From: a virus
Lineage: Duplodnaviria > Heunggongvirae > Uroviricota > Caudoviricetes
DNA length: 64,000 nucleotides
Virus record (IMG/VR): IMGVR_UViG_3300029305_011675
Direction: 5' to 3' (one strand)
Shown here: positions 43,962 to 52,888 of the stretch, piece after piece
Numbering within the stretch: position 1 is the stretch's first letter
Layout of the letters: each line of letters begins with the position of its first letter
Made by a program: the position numbers and the translations under genes
Notes under the pieces: generated by a model
The model's database searches: none
The model's input: the letters and a program-made list of their open reading frames with translations, nothing else
What the model was told of the DNA's origin: nothing

Positions 43962-44801
43962 TTACAAATCGACTTTAGTAATTAACGGATGTTCTTCTGT
44001 AAAAATACTATTAGTTGTATAGATATTTTCGACCAAATCAGACTTAATCAAGTCGCCAGTGAGAATTGTGTTTTCGCAATGAGTGATGTAAAGACCGATA
44101 TTGGTCGCCCCACACTCTCGGAGTGCCTTTGCAGAATAATAGAATGTTCCACCCTTGGAACAGATATCATCGACAATAAGAACTCTCTTGCCATCAAGTA
44201 ACTCTTTTCCGACAACCTCAAGACCAAGGATTTTAGCAGTGCTCCAATCACGGTTTTTATTTGCATAAGCAACAGGATAAGCATGCTTATTTTTCGTACT
44301 TCTGCCGTGCATTGCTTTGCCGTTGATGATATCTGCATATCTCTTACAACTTCCTTCATCGGGGAAGAAAATCACATCAGGATTATACATCTCAATAGCA
44401 TTATTGATATATTTACCAACATCAAGTTGCACAACACGGTCAATAAGTGCCAAAGAAACACTGGAATGTGCATCAAGAACAAAAACTTTTTCAAAGTTCA
44501 TCATGTTGATTAACTGGCAGAAATACTTTAAAGTAAAAACTTCAGATATTTCCTTCGTTCTATCCATTCTTGCATTAGGAATATAATACATATATAGATA
44601 AAACTTTGCATCTCTCGGAGCATGCTCTCTCAAATGCATTACAACATTAAAAAGAAGCATAGTTTCGTCGTTATTTTCATAATACCATTCAAATGCAAAT
44701 TCGTTTTCGTTTACGATTTCAGCAAAAAATTCATTCTTAATTGCCATGGTGCCATCTGGGAATCTACCCATTTCAACAATATTTTCATTAAGTTTAATCA
44801 T
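43962..44801 (-). CDS. Divergent ribose-phosphate pyrophosphokinase (Prs)-like phosphoribosyltransferase-fold protein
   Basis: RFPDGT corresponds to Prs FsDGE, VIFFPDEGSCKRYA is also Prs-like, and VLIVDDICSKGGT is the PRPP-binding loop. The canonical Prs N-terminal motif is absent. RBS aaggagtg. Confidence 0.6.
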   Translation of the reverse strand: MIKLNENIVEMGRFPDGTMAIKNEFFAEIVNENEFAFEWYYENNDETMLLFNVVMHLREHAPRDAKFYLYMYYIPNARMDRTKEISEVFTLKYFCQLINMMNFEKVFVLDAHSSVSLALIDRVVQLDVGKYINNAIEMYNPDVIFFPDEGSCKRYADIINGKAMHGRSTKNKHAYPVAYANKNRDWSTAKILGLEVVGKELLDGKRVLIVDDICSKGGTFYYSAKALRECGATNIGLYITHCENTILTGDLIKSDLVENIYTTNSIFTEEHPLITKVDL

Positions 44802-44802
44802 C

Positions 44803-45027
44803 TTAATCGCACTCCTTATCAAAGTTTTCTTCGAAAAATTGTGTCATCAAATTAGTCTTAAACTCTTCAATAACACAACGAATATGGTCTGTGTCAGCAG
44901 AACAACTAATGTCTCCCTGTTGCTTATATACATATTCCTTTCCCCTAAACACAAGGACAAAAGTATATGTCTCCCAGTCAACAGACTTGCAAAGGACATC
45001 TTTATATTCCAGATTATAACTATCCAT
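44803..45027 (-). CDS. Small hypothetical protein
   Basis: 74 aa. Ends 2 nt before the Prs-like start. Confidence 0.4.
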   Translation of the reverse strand: MDSYNLEYKDVLCKSVDWETYTFVLVFRGKEYVYKQQGDISCSADTDHIRCVIEEFKTNLMTQFFEENFDKECD

Positions 45028-45032
45028 TTTCT

Positions 45033-45362
45033 TTACCTCGCAACAGTTGTATTTTTCAAAAAATCACGAAATACATTTTCGAATTTTTCTGCAGTTTGAA
45101 ACAAAAACTTAATTGCTTCGTCATATCCTTCCTTACAATTTATATATGTTTCGGTAGCGATTGGAAACCCATTATGGGTACACCAAGCAACATATATTTT
45201 AGACTGACCATTTATGAATATTAAATTTTCGTTTCTCATTTCAAACAATAGGTATAGGTTTTCTGTCATGTGAACTTTGAATTCCAACCCCTTATATTCC
45301 CTATTATTATTCATTGAACAAAATTGGTCATAAGAAGGGATTGTGATTTTTAAATTATTCAC
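45033..45362 (-). CDS. Hypothetical protein
   Basis: 109 aa. Tightly packed within the operon. Confidence 0.45.
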   Translation of the reverse strand: MNNLKITIPSYDQFCSMNNNREYKGLEFKVHMTENLYLLFEMRNENLIFINGQSKIYVAWCTHNGFPIATETYINCKEGYDEAIKFLFQTAEKFENVFRDFLKNTTVAR

Positions 45363-46344
45363 AGTTAGCCACCTTAACCTGACAGGATTTCATAGTTTCG
45401 ATTGCTGCATTATGCTTTTCAGGAGTTACACCCGCACAACAGTTTTCATAAACCACAACCTCTACCTCTGGCAGAAATGCTTTAACAAGCATAACATTGG
45501 ATACAACACAGATGTCAGTGCAAACACCGACAAACTTAACAACCAACTTCTTACCAATTGCAGCGAGTTCCTTCTCTTTCGTTACCAAATAGTTTGCGAG
45601 TTCAACACTACCAAAAGTAGGTTTCTTAATGCAAATGGCATTAGCGACATAAGGACGAAGTTCATCTACAATTTCCCATCCCTTTTCACCATCAAAACAG
45701 TGAGGAACAGGAAGATTACGACCTTCCTGACTATCCATATAGGTGTCTGCATAGTGAGTATCGTAAGTGAAGATAACTTTGCCACCATTTGCACGATGCT
45801 CTTTAATGCACTTTGCGACAGTAGGAATAACATTCTTCGTTTCCTCGTTACCAAGGACACCTTTGGTGAAGTCATTTTGCATATCGACAACAACAAGAAT
45901 TTCTTCTGCATTGTCAACGATTTCTTTTCTCACCTTACAAAGCAGATAACCGAGAGTATTCTTGCCCTTAATATTTGCACATTTAAAACAAGAACAATCG
46001 CCCCAATAATTATCGTGCCAAGCGTTGCCTTCAACCAACCACTCATTACCAGTGTGAATAAGGCGCTCCCTCAATTCGGGAATAGCGAACTTTGCACGAA
46101 GACAGGTAAGCATAACCTCATCTTTAACATTCTCCCAGTCAGCACGAAGTTTTACAGAACGACCTGCTCGTTTAGCAAGAGAAGGAGTTGTAAGGTTAGC
46201 AATATTTTGTCTCTCGTTTACATCAAGAGTTTTTGCTGCTTGGAAGGCATGTTCCACAGTAGGATAAACAATGCCCTCAAACTCAATCTTACTCTCATAG
46301 AAATTGCTCAAAAAATCATATAAACCGTCAAACTTTTCAATCAT
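45355..46344 (-). CDS. NADAR (YbiA/DUF1768) domain fused to a nicotinamidase/isochorismatase-family (PncA-like) domain
   Basis: The N-terminus FLSNFYESKIEFEGIVYPTVEHAFQAAK is the NADAR signature. The C-terminus has ILVVVDMQNDF and the catalytic Cys in GVCTDICV. Starts at the second ATG (RBS aaaggag). Confidence 0.75.
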   Translation of the reverse strand: MIEKFDGLYDFLSNFYESKIEFEGIVYPTVEHAFQAAKTLDVNERQNIANLTTPSLAKRAGRSVKLRADWENVKDEVMLTCLRAKFAIPELRERLIHTGNEWLVEGNAWHDNYWGDCSCFKCANIKGKNTLGYLLCKVRKEIVDNAEEILVVVDMQNDFTKGVLGNEETKNVIPTVAKCIKEHRANGGKVIFTYDTHYADTYMDSQEGRNLPVPHCFDGEKGWEIVDELRPYVANAICIKKPTFGSVELANYLVTKEKELAAIGKKLVVKFVGVCTDICVVSNVMLVKAFLPEVEVVVYENCCAGVTPEKHNAAIETMKSCQVKVANCE

Positions 46345-46388
46345 AATGTACATCTCCTTTTACTTATTATCATTTTGATGTTAAGTAG

Positions 46389-46417
46389 ATTATAGCACAA
46401 GTTTTTTGATTTGTCAA
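46389..46417 (-). promoter_or_regulatory. Sigma-A promoter, copy 2 of the duplicated promoter region (46372-46420)
   Basis: The reverse complement reads ttgacaaatcaaaaaacttgtgctataat, near-identical to 40986-41036. Confidence 0.7.
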
Positions 46418-46539
46418 GAGTTTTAAGACAAAAAATAAAAATTATTTTCAATTTGATATTAAGTCCATTTTTGTGTTGACATTAGCACTTGTTTATGATA
46501 TAATATATGTAGAAATATAACCACAAAGGAGAATATATT

Positions 46540-47067
46540 ATGTCAAAGATTGAGATTAACAGAGTTTGGTGTATGCCGAACAAAAATACATTCGATATTA
46601 AACCAGTAAAAGAACTTATTGAAAAATATATTGGGAAACTACCCCCAAACCCAACCATTGTAGACCCTTTTGCCAACAAAAATAAAATTGCAACCATTAC
46701 AAATGATTTAGACCCTCAATACGGAACAGATTATAATATGGATGCAACTGACTTTTTAAAAATTTTGGACGACAATTGTGCAGACATGATACTATACGAC
46801 GCACCGTACAGCCCTCGCCAAGTATCAGAAGTATACAAAAAATTTAATATGAGTGTAAATATGGAAACTACACAAGCTTCTTATTGGTCGAAACAAAAAG
46901 AACAAATTAGTCGCCTTGTAAAAAAAGGAGGGTATGTAATAACTTGTTCTTGGAATAGTGGTGGTATTGGTAAAAAATATGGTTTCGAAATCGTGGAAAT
47001 TTTGATGGTGCCTCACGGCGGTTGGCACAATGACACAATTATTACAGTAGAAAGGAAGATTAAGTAA
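46540..47067 (+). CDS. Small putative adenine-specific methyltransferase-like protein
   Basis: Motif-I-like IVDPFANKNKIA is followed by motif-IV-like ILYDAPYSP. 175 aa. Tentative. Confidence 0.35.
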   Translation: MSKIEINRVWCMPNKNTFDIKPVKELIEKYIGKLPPNPTIVDPFANKNKIATITNDLDPQYGTDYNMDATDFLKILDDNCADMILYDAPYSPRQVSEVYKKFNMSVNMETTQASYWSKQKEQISRLVKKGGYVITCSWNSGGIGKKYGFEIVEILMVPHGGWHNDTIITVERKIK

Positions 47068-47825
47068 TGGATGTTTATGTTGTAAAAAAAGGAAAATATG
47101 AAGGTTTCTTTTTTGATGAAGACAATATGAAACTTGCCATTGCAGACTATCCAACACCAGAATACAAAAAGTGCAATGATGTTGTTGAGGCAATCAACTA
47201 TTATGACAAGATTTTAGGAAAGGTTTATCCTGTTTCCAATGGTAGAATTATTGGTATTTTCACTAATTGGCCAGATTGTCAAGCACAAACAAATGGTTTC
47301 CCTTCTGCAAAGTTTATGAGTACTTATATTTTTGATGATGCAGTTTCCACAATTACATCTTATCAAAATAAAAGTACAAACCCAAAACCGACATTTGATA
47401 CCCCAAAAACAGGATGTGTTGCTTATGTTGATGGCAGTTTCAATCTTGAAAAGTTCACTTATGGATGGGGCGCTGTCATTTTCTTTGACGGAGAACAAGT
47501 AAATCTATCTGGTTGCGGTAACGATTTGGAAGATGCACAATTAAGAAATGTTGCTGGCGAAATCATTGCCTCAAAATGTGCCATAAAAGAGGCAATTGCT
47601 CGTGGTTATGATAAAATCGATATTTATTACGACTATGAAGGTATTGAAAAGTGGGCAACTGGTGAGTGGAAAAGAAAGAAAAAACAGACCATCGCATACT
47701 ATAACTTCATTCAAAATGTTTCCGACAAAATCAAAGTTAACTTTTTTAAAGTAAAATCCCATACTGGTGTTGAATTAAACGAATTAGTTGATAAGCTCGC
47801 CAAAGATGCTTGTGGTATTAAATAA
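47067..47825 (+). CDS. rnhA: RNase HI with an N-terminal Cauli_VI (viroplasmin-like) domain
   Basis: The N-terminus VYVVKKGKYEGFFFD is followed by the RNase H core (CVAYVDGSF, GWGAVI, E...D...H..ELNELVDKLAK). Confidence 0.75.
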   Translation: MDVYVVKKGKYEGFFFDEDNMKLAIADYPTPEYKKCNDVVEAINYYDKILGKVYPVSNGRIIGIFTNWPDCQAQTNGFPSAKFMSTYIFDDAVSTITSYQNKSTNPKPTFDTPKTGCVAYVDGSFNLEKFTYGWGAVIFFDGEQVNLSGCGNDLEDAQLRNVAGEIIASKCAIKEAIARGYDKIDIYYDYEGIEKWATGEWKRKKKQTIAYYNFIQNVSDKIKVNFFKVKSHTGVELNELVDKLAKDACGIK

Positions 47826-47827
47826 TG

Positions 47828-47870
47828 AAAAAAGACACATCGAATTGAATTCGATGTGTCTTATTTTTTC
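47828..47870. terminator. Bidirectional terminator
   Basis: aaaaaagacacatcgaattgaattcgatgtgtcttatttttt. Confidence 0.85.
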
Positions 47871-47872
47871 TA

Positions 47873-48307
47873 TTATTCGAGTGCATCTGGGATTCCATCA
47901 CCATCGGTATCTCCGCAAATATGGTCAACATCGTCAGCACTTACCATGCCAGAACCAACCATTTCACGACCCGCCACTCCACGTTCTCTTCTACGCTTTT
48001 CAACTAATTCGCTAATAAAGTGATGGACATCTTTCGGTTTTTTAATATTTTTAAGTTCCAATACTCTATCTGTTTGGTCTGCAGAATACAATGTAACTGT
48101 TCCTACTCCAAAAATTTTCTGCCAAAAAGTTCTTTTTGTTTTGATATCCAAAATTCTGTATAAAAGAATTTCGTCAGAATTTGTTGTGAAGAAACCCTTA
48201 TCTAAATAAAGTCTCTCTTCGTCAACTGCATACTTTGTAAAAGAAATTGGCATCCCCATGTGTCTCTTTCTGTCTTTCCATAAAATTGATTTTTCACATT
48301 TGCTCAT
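47873..48307 (-). CDS. Bacterial PH (bPH_2/YdbT-like) domain protein
   Basis: DEILLYRILDIKTKRTFWQKIFGVGTV fits the bPH_2 pattern. Overlaps the 3' end of the C5-MTase gene by 14 nt. Confidence 0.45.
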   Translation of the reverse strand: MSKCEKSILWKDRKRHMGMPISFTKYAVDEERLYLDKGFFTTNSDEILLYRILDIKTKRTFWQKIFGVGTVTLYSADQTDRVLELKNIKKPKDVHHFISELVEKRRRERGVAGREMVGSGMVSADDVDHICGDTDGDGIPDALE

Positions 48308-49502
48308 TATTATCTGCTCCTTTTAATTTTATTTTTAGCAATTGTTCTGCTATATAAACAATGACATCAACATTGGCACTGTTACCAAGTTGCTTATATG
48401 CCATGTGTTCATTTTTGTTTAATATGTAATTTTCTGGGAAAGATTGCAATCTTGCCGCTTCTCTTGGAGTAATTCTCCTCAAATATTTTCCGACAATAGA
48501 TGTTTGCACTATGGCAACGAGAGCAGGAAAAGTGCTTGTTCTTTTACACCTTATTCCCGATTGTCTCAATTGTATAAGTGTTTCATAAACACTATCTGCG
48601 GTGTCTCCCGCTTGCCATTCAAGTTTCCTATCTCTCTTTTTGAATTTATTAACTTCAAAAAGTTGCATCCAAGCGTCTAAATATTCTTTGTTGTTTAAAT
48701 AAAATTCTCTATTTTTTTGACAATAGTCCTGTTTCCACTTTGGCAAATTTGTATAATCATAATCTTGACCAAATTCGTCAATCAAAATTGGTGAGATTAC
48801 TTTTTTATTATGCTTCCTAAAGTGTTTAATTAAAGCATCCCATGCTCTTAATACATCTCCTTCATATTCACTTATTGCATATTCGGAATAATTATCTATA
48901 TGTCTGTCCAAAACGGAAAATACACTTGTGCTAGGATAATTTTCTTTATTTGGAACATCGATTTCGATATATTCTCCTTCATAATAATCTCGATGAATAC
49001 CAACAATAAAAATACGTTCTCTATTTTGTGGTACTCCTATATGATGAGGAGAAACGATTAGTGGGTCTTTTGTTAAAACATAACCAAGGTCACTTAAATG
49101 CTCTTTAATTACCCTAAATGTATTTCCATCATCGTGATTTACAAGGTGCTTTACGTTTTCTAAAATAATATACTTTGTTTTGTGATATTTTAAAATTCTT
49201 TCAATCTCAAAAAACAAAGTTCCTCTTGTATCAACAAAACCCTTCTTATGTCCAGCATTTGAAAATGGCTGACAAGGAAAACCTGCACACAAAATATCAT
49301 GTTTGGGAATATCTTCTGCTTTCACATCGAATATGTTGCAGTCAGAACTCATGTTGAAATTTTCTTCATAAGTTTCGATTGCATATTTATCTATTTCTGA
49401 TGCAAAAACACATTTGCCTCCAAGTTTTTCAAGTGCTAAATGAAAAGCGCCAATACCAGCAAACAGGTCGATAAAAGTAAAAGAATTATTCAATTTTATC
49501 AC
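48294..49502 (-). CDS. dcm: DNA (cytosine-5)-methyltransferase
   Basis: Motif I is FIDLFAGIGAF, motif IV CAGFPCQPFS and motif VI ENV. Confidence 0.9.
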   Translation of the reverse strand: MIKLNNSFTFIDLFAGIGAFHLALEKLGGKCVFASEIDKYAIETYEENFNMSSDCNIFDVKAEDIPKHDILCAGFPCQPFSNAGHKKGFVDTRGTLFFEIERILKYHKTKYIILENVKHLVNHDDGNTFRVIKEHLSDLGYVLTKDPLIVSPHHIGVPQNRERIFIVGIHRDYYEGEYIEIDVPNKENYPSTSVFSVLDRHIDNYSEYAISEYEGDVLRAWDALIKHFRKHNKKVISPILIDEFGQDYDYTNLPKWKQDYCQKNREFYLNNKEYLDAWMQLFEVNKFKKRDRKLEWQAGDTADSVYETLIQLRQSGIRCKRTSTFPALVAIVQTSIVGKYLRRITPREAARLQSFPENYILNKNEHMAYKQLGNSANVDVIVYIAEQLLKIKLKGADNNEQM

Positions 49503-49602
49503 CTCTTTACTATATTATGACAGCCCATTTATAAAAAGTCAATAAAGATTACTGCAAATAGAAAGTGCCCAAAAGTCATCGACCTTTGAGCACTGTTATT
49601 AA

Positions 49603-52395
49603 TTATTCAAATGAAAATTCGCTAAAATCCATTCCCATACATTCAGTCCAAAAATCATACGACGTTCCGTGATATGTTTGTACAAGGAAGAATAAATTAA
49701 ACCAACTTCCTGTATCTTCTGATGTTTGCCCAGTTTCAGATGACACAGATTCAATCATGGTAGTTCTTGCTTCTTCTGCGAAGTTTTTAACAATTTTCAT
49801 AATCCATTTTGGCATTCTCGAATATTCAACTTTTATATCAAATTTAATATCGAGATATTCATTGTCTGGTATCTGATTATCTCCAACAATAACATCCATC
49901 ATATATTGTGTTAGTTTTTCAGAAATTTGAGCATCAGTCATTGTTTGTTCAAGACTGTTATCTTCTTCGTAAATAAGAATTGGACTTCCAAATAAACTTC
50001 CAATTGGAGACCATACGATTAAGAAATCTTTTTCTACTGTATCATCCTTAAATGCATGACCCTCAACAGACATATTTTGAATTTGCTTTGTTGGCATTTC
50101 ACCAATACCAAGTTCTCCAAAAATATCGCCAATAACAATCAATTGTTCATCTGTATACCCAAGTTTTCTTGCTGCTTTTTCGACATTACTTCTTACATCG
50201 AGGAAATTAGACCAGTCATCGTATCCGTAAAACATAGACTGATACCAAATCTTTGCTACATCCTCATTTGTAAAACCTCTTTGAGTCATTCTAAATGCGG
50301 CACGACTCAATAATATACCGTTAATGTGGCAATCATCGTTGCTCCAATTTTCTCCGAGATAAGTATCTGGATATTTTGTGCCCCAAAGTTCATTACCAGA
50401 AGCACCAGTTGCATCTCTTAATGGTTCTCCCAACCATTCAGCCATTTGCCAATCATTATCAATTAGGCACCCAAAAATATCGGCATATGCCTCATTGATG
50501 GAAGAAAAATTCATTGAACTACCGTCCGCCGTAATCGCATCGAAAACACCGTGAGTATACTCGTGTCCAATTACATCCACACCTGCACAAAGTGCATACT
50601 TAAATGCTGGTGCATCTCCACAGATGAAAAATCTAAAATCTCCGCCAAGATATGAGGCATTATTTTTAGCAGCAGGAGAATTTACAACACATTTTATTTC
50701 TTTACCTTTTCCATCAAAAGAAGTTCTTCCAAGAGTATCTTTATACCAGTCATATGTCGTGATAAAATTCTTATATGCAGAAACACCCTGACCAGCATCT
50801 TTGAAAGTGTTTTTTGTACTCGAAATTGGTAAACCAAACTGCTTTTTTAAAACGACTATCATCATTGGTGCATCATCACCCCAAAAGATTTCATCACCGA
50901 TATCAGTAATATTGTGTGAACCATCAATGATTTTGATATTTCTTCCCGTATCTTCAAGGAAATACAAAGCCGCTTTATTTGCTTTAAACACTTGGTCTTC
51001 ACCGAACACATCCTCGCCATAAGCGGTTGTCATAGACCCCAAACCAGTCGAAATTTCAACATCTGCTACTACTTTTTTGGAGTCAATGTCTAAATAAACA
51101 GTTTTGATAACAATTTTATCATTTTCTTGTCCTAAAGCAGTACACTTATATACAAGATGTGCTTTTTCTTCTGACACGAAAATACCTTTTGTGTGTTCTG
51201 TGATTTTGATTGTAATGCCATAATGAGAAGACAATACAGAATTAATTTCATCTTCGGTCATTTCACCGTTAGTGCCGACATTGATATTTCTAACAATATT
51301 TAAGTTAATTGAATCCAAATGATTAGAAGCGTTAGTTGTCATTGTAACAGTTCTACCAAAGACAGGCAAATCGTTGTAGTATTGTTCAACCATAAAACAT
51401 TTACCTTCTAGTGCCGTCTGAACATCACAAACTTTAAATTCTACTTCATCACCTATATTCATAAGTTGTCTATACTTATTAAGTACTTTTATAGCATCAT
51501 CAGCAGAAGAAACGATTGTAGAATTGAAATTACCATCAATACTATCGATAATATCATCCTCGTTGTAAGTGATAACCATATTGTTGTTTCCGATGCCTTT
51601 TTCAATATCTTCGGGTGTTAACACAAAGATATCTTCATCATCAATTACGTCTGTCTTTATAACGGTAATATAATAATCTTTTTTACCAGTTCCTAAACCG
51701 TGTTTTACTTCTGCCGTTAATTTAACAACAGCATTTGCATTACTCGGTCTATTTACCTCTCCTATTGTATTAAGCACATTAGGATTATCACTTGACCATT
51801 GGATTTTTTCCACATCGCCCTCGCCGACTTCAATTTCTTGCGGAATTACAATGTTGTCAGTTACATAATCACAATAGTTTGTATCGACATATTCAAAAGG
51901 TTGGTCGCTCAAAATATTTTGTAGATATTCTGTTGCTACATTATTTTGCCACTTAAATAAACCAAAGATACCTGCACCAATTAAGATTAAAGATAAGAAA
52001 ATCCATAAACCAATGTGCTTTTTCTTTTTCTTTCCTTTAACCTTTTTATCCTTCTTTGTCTTTTTAGGTTGTTCAGGCGTCATAGGAGGAGTTTGTGGTG
52101 TTGGCGGTACTGGTGGTACTGGTGGAATAGGAATTTGTGTGGGCGGTTGCAGCGGTGCGATAGGTTGTTGTTGCATATACTGCGGATTATTGTATTGCCC
52201 ATAAACCCCACCATTTTGTGTTGGTTGAGTTGGAGGATTTGGATTTCGATATCCATTATTTTGTCCACCAATTACAAATTGAGGATTTGTGTTTTGTGTA
52301 TTTTGCATAGGGACATTATTCATGTTTTGTGGCATAGGTCTTCCCTGATAATTATTATCAGTCGGAATCCCGTTACCAAATTGATTGTTGTCCAT
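49603..52395 (-). CDS. Membrane-anchored M4 (thermolysin-like) zinc metallopeptidase with a Pro/Gln/Asn-rich N-terminal tail
   Basis: VIGHEYTHGVFD is the HExxH motif, followed by INEAYADIFG (the third zinc-ligand Glu). One TM helix. RBS aaaaggag. Confidence 0.8.
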   Translation of the reverse strand: MDNNQFGNGIPTDNNYQGRPMPQNMNNVPMQNTQNTNPQFVIGGQNNGYRNPNPPTQPTQNGGVYGQYNNPQYMQQQPIAPLQPPTQIPIPPVPPVPPTPQTPPMTPEQPKKTKKDKKVKGKKKKKHIGLWIFLSLILIGAGIFGLFKWQNNVATEYLQNILSDQPFEYVDTNYCDYVTDNIVIPQEIEVGEGDVEKIQWSSDNPNVLNTIGEVNRPSNANAVVKLTAEVKHGLGTGKKDYYITVIKTDVIDDEDIFVLTPEDIEKGIGNNNMVITYNEDDIIDSIDGNFNSTIVSSADDAIKVLNKYRQLMNIGDEVEFKVCDVQTALEGKCFMVEQYYNDLPVFGRTVTMTTNASNHLDSINLNIVRNINVGTNGEMTEDEINSVLSSHYGITIKITEHTKGIFVSEEKAHLVYKCTALGQENDKIVIKTVYLDIDSKKVVADVEISTGLGSMTTAYGEDVFGEDQVFKANKAALYFLEDTGRNIKIIDGSHNITDIGDEIFWGDDAPMMIVVLKKQFGLPISSTKNTFKDAGQGVSAYKNFITTYDWYKDTLGRTSFDGKGKEIKCVVNSPAAKNNASYLGGDFRFFICGDAPAFKYALCAGVDVIGHEYTHGVFDAITADGSSMNFSSINEAYADIFGCLIDNDWQMAEWLGEPLRDATGASGNELWGTKYPDTYLGENWSNDDCHINGILLSRAAFRMTQRGFTNEDVAKIWYQSMFYGYDDWSNFLDVRSNVEKAARKLGYTDEQLIVIGDIFGELGIGEMPTKQIQNMSVEGHAFKDDTVEKDFLIVWSPIGSLFGSPILIYEEDNSLEQTMTDAQISEKLTQYMMDVIVGDNQIPDNEYLDIKFDIKVEYSRMPKWIMKIVKNFAEEARTTMIESVSSETGQTSEDTGSWFNLFFLVQTYHGTSYDFWTECMGMDFSEFSFE

Positions 52396-52560
52396 AACGA
52401 TATCTCCTTTTTTATGTAATTTCATATATTATACAATATTTTTGCAACTTTGTCAACAAAATAGAAACTGAACAAATATTAGAAAAAGTTGCATTATTTT
52501 TTGATTTTTTATGTAAACCGATATATTATATAATAAAATATTCCTTTTGGTGGTGTTTTT

Positions 52561-52884
52561 ATGACGTTTTTAACTAAAAAAATTCTATCTCATAACAAAA
52601 CATTATATGAATGTCCCGATAAAAATCGGGTCATAGATTTCGTGCTCGTACACAACACTGATGTTCTTTCAGATTGCTTTGTGTACGACATTACTGTGTA
52701 TTGGCAAAAACAAAACACAAAAAGATGTTTTAGACAGGCAAGACACAAAGAAAATTTGCTTAATGACCCAACAAAATTAGCAGAATTATTCAATGAAAAC
52801 AAAAAGTGTTTTCCACTTAATGCCGAACTTGGTTGGAAAGATTCGGAACTCGACACAAAAGACATAAAAATTTTAGGAGAGTGA
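52561..52884 (+). CDS. Hypothetical protein
   Basis: 107 aa. Immediately upstream of galE. Confidence 0.4.
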   Translation: MTFLTKKILSHNKTLYECPDKNRVIDFVLVHNTDVLSDCFVYDITVYWQKQNTKRCFRQARHKENLLNDPTKLAELFNENKKCFPLNAELGWKDSELDTKDIKILGE

Positions 52885-52888
52885 TACT

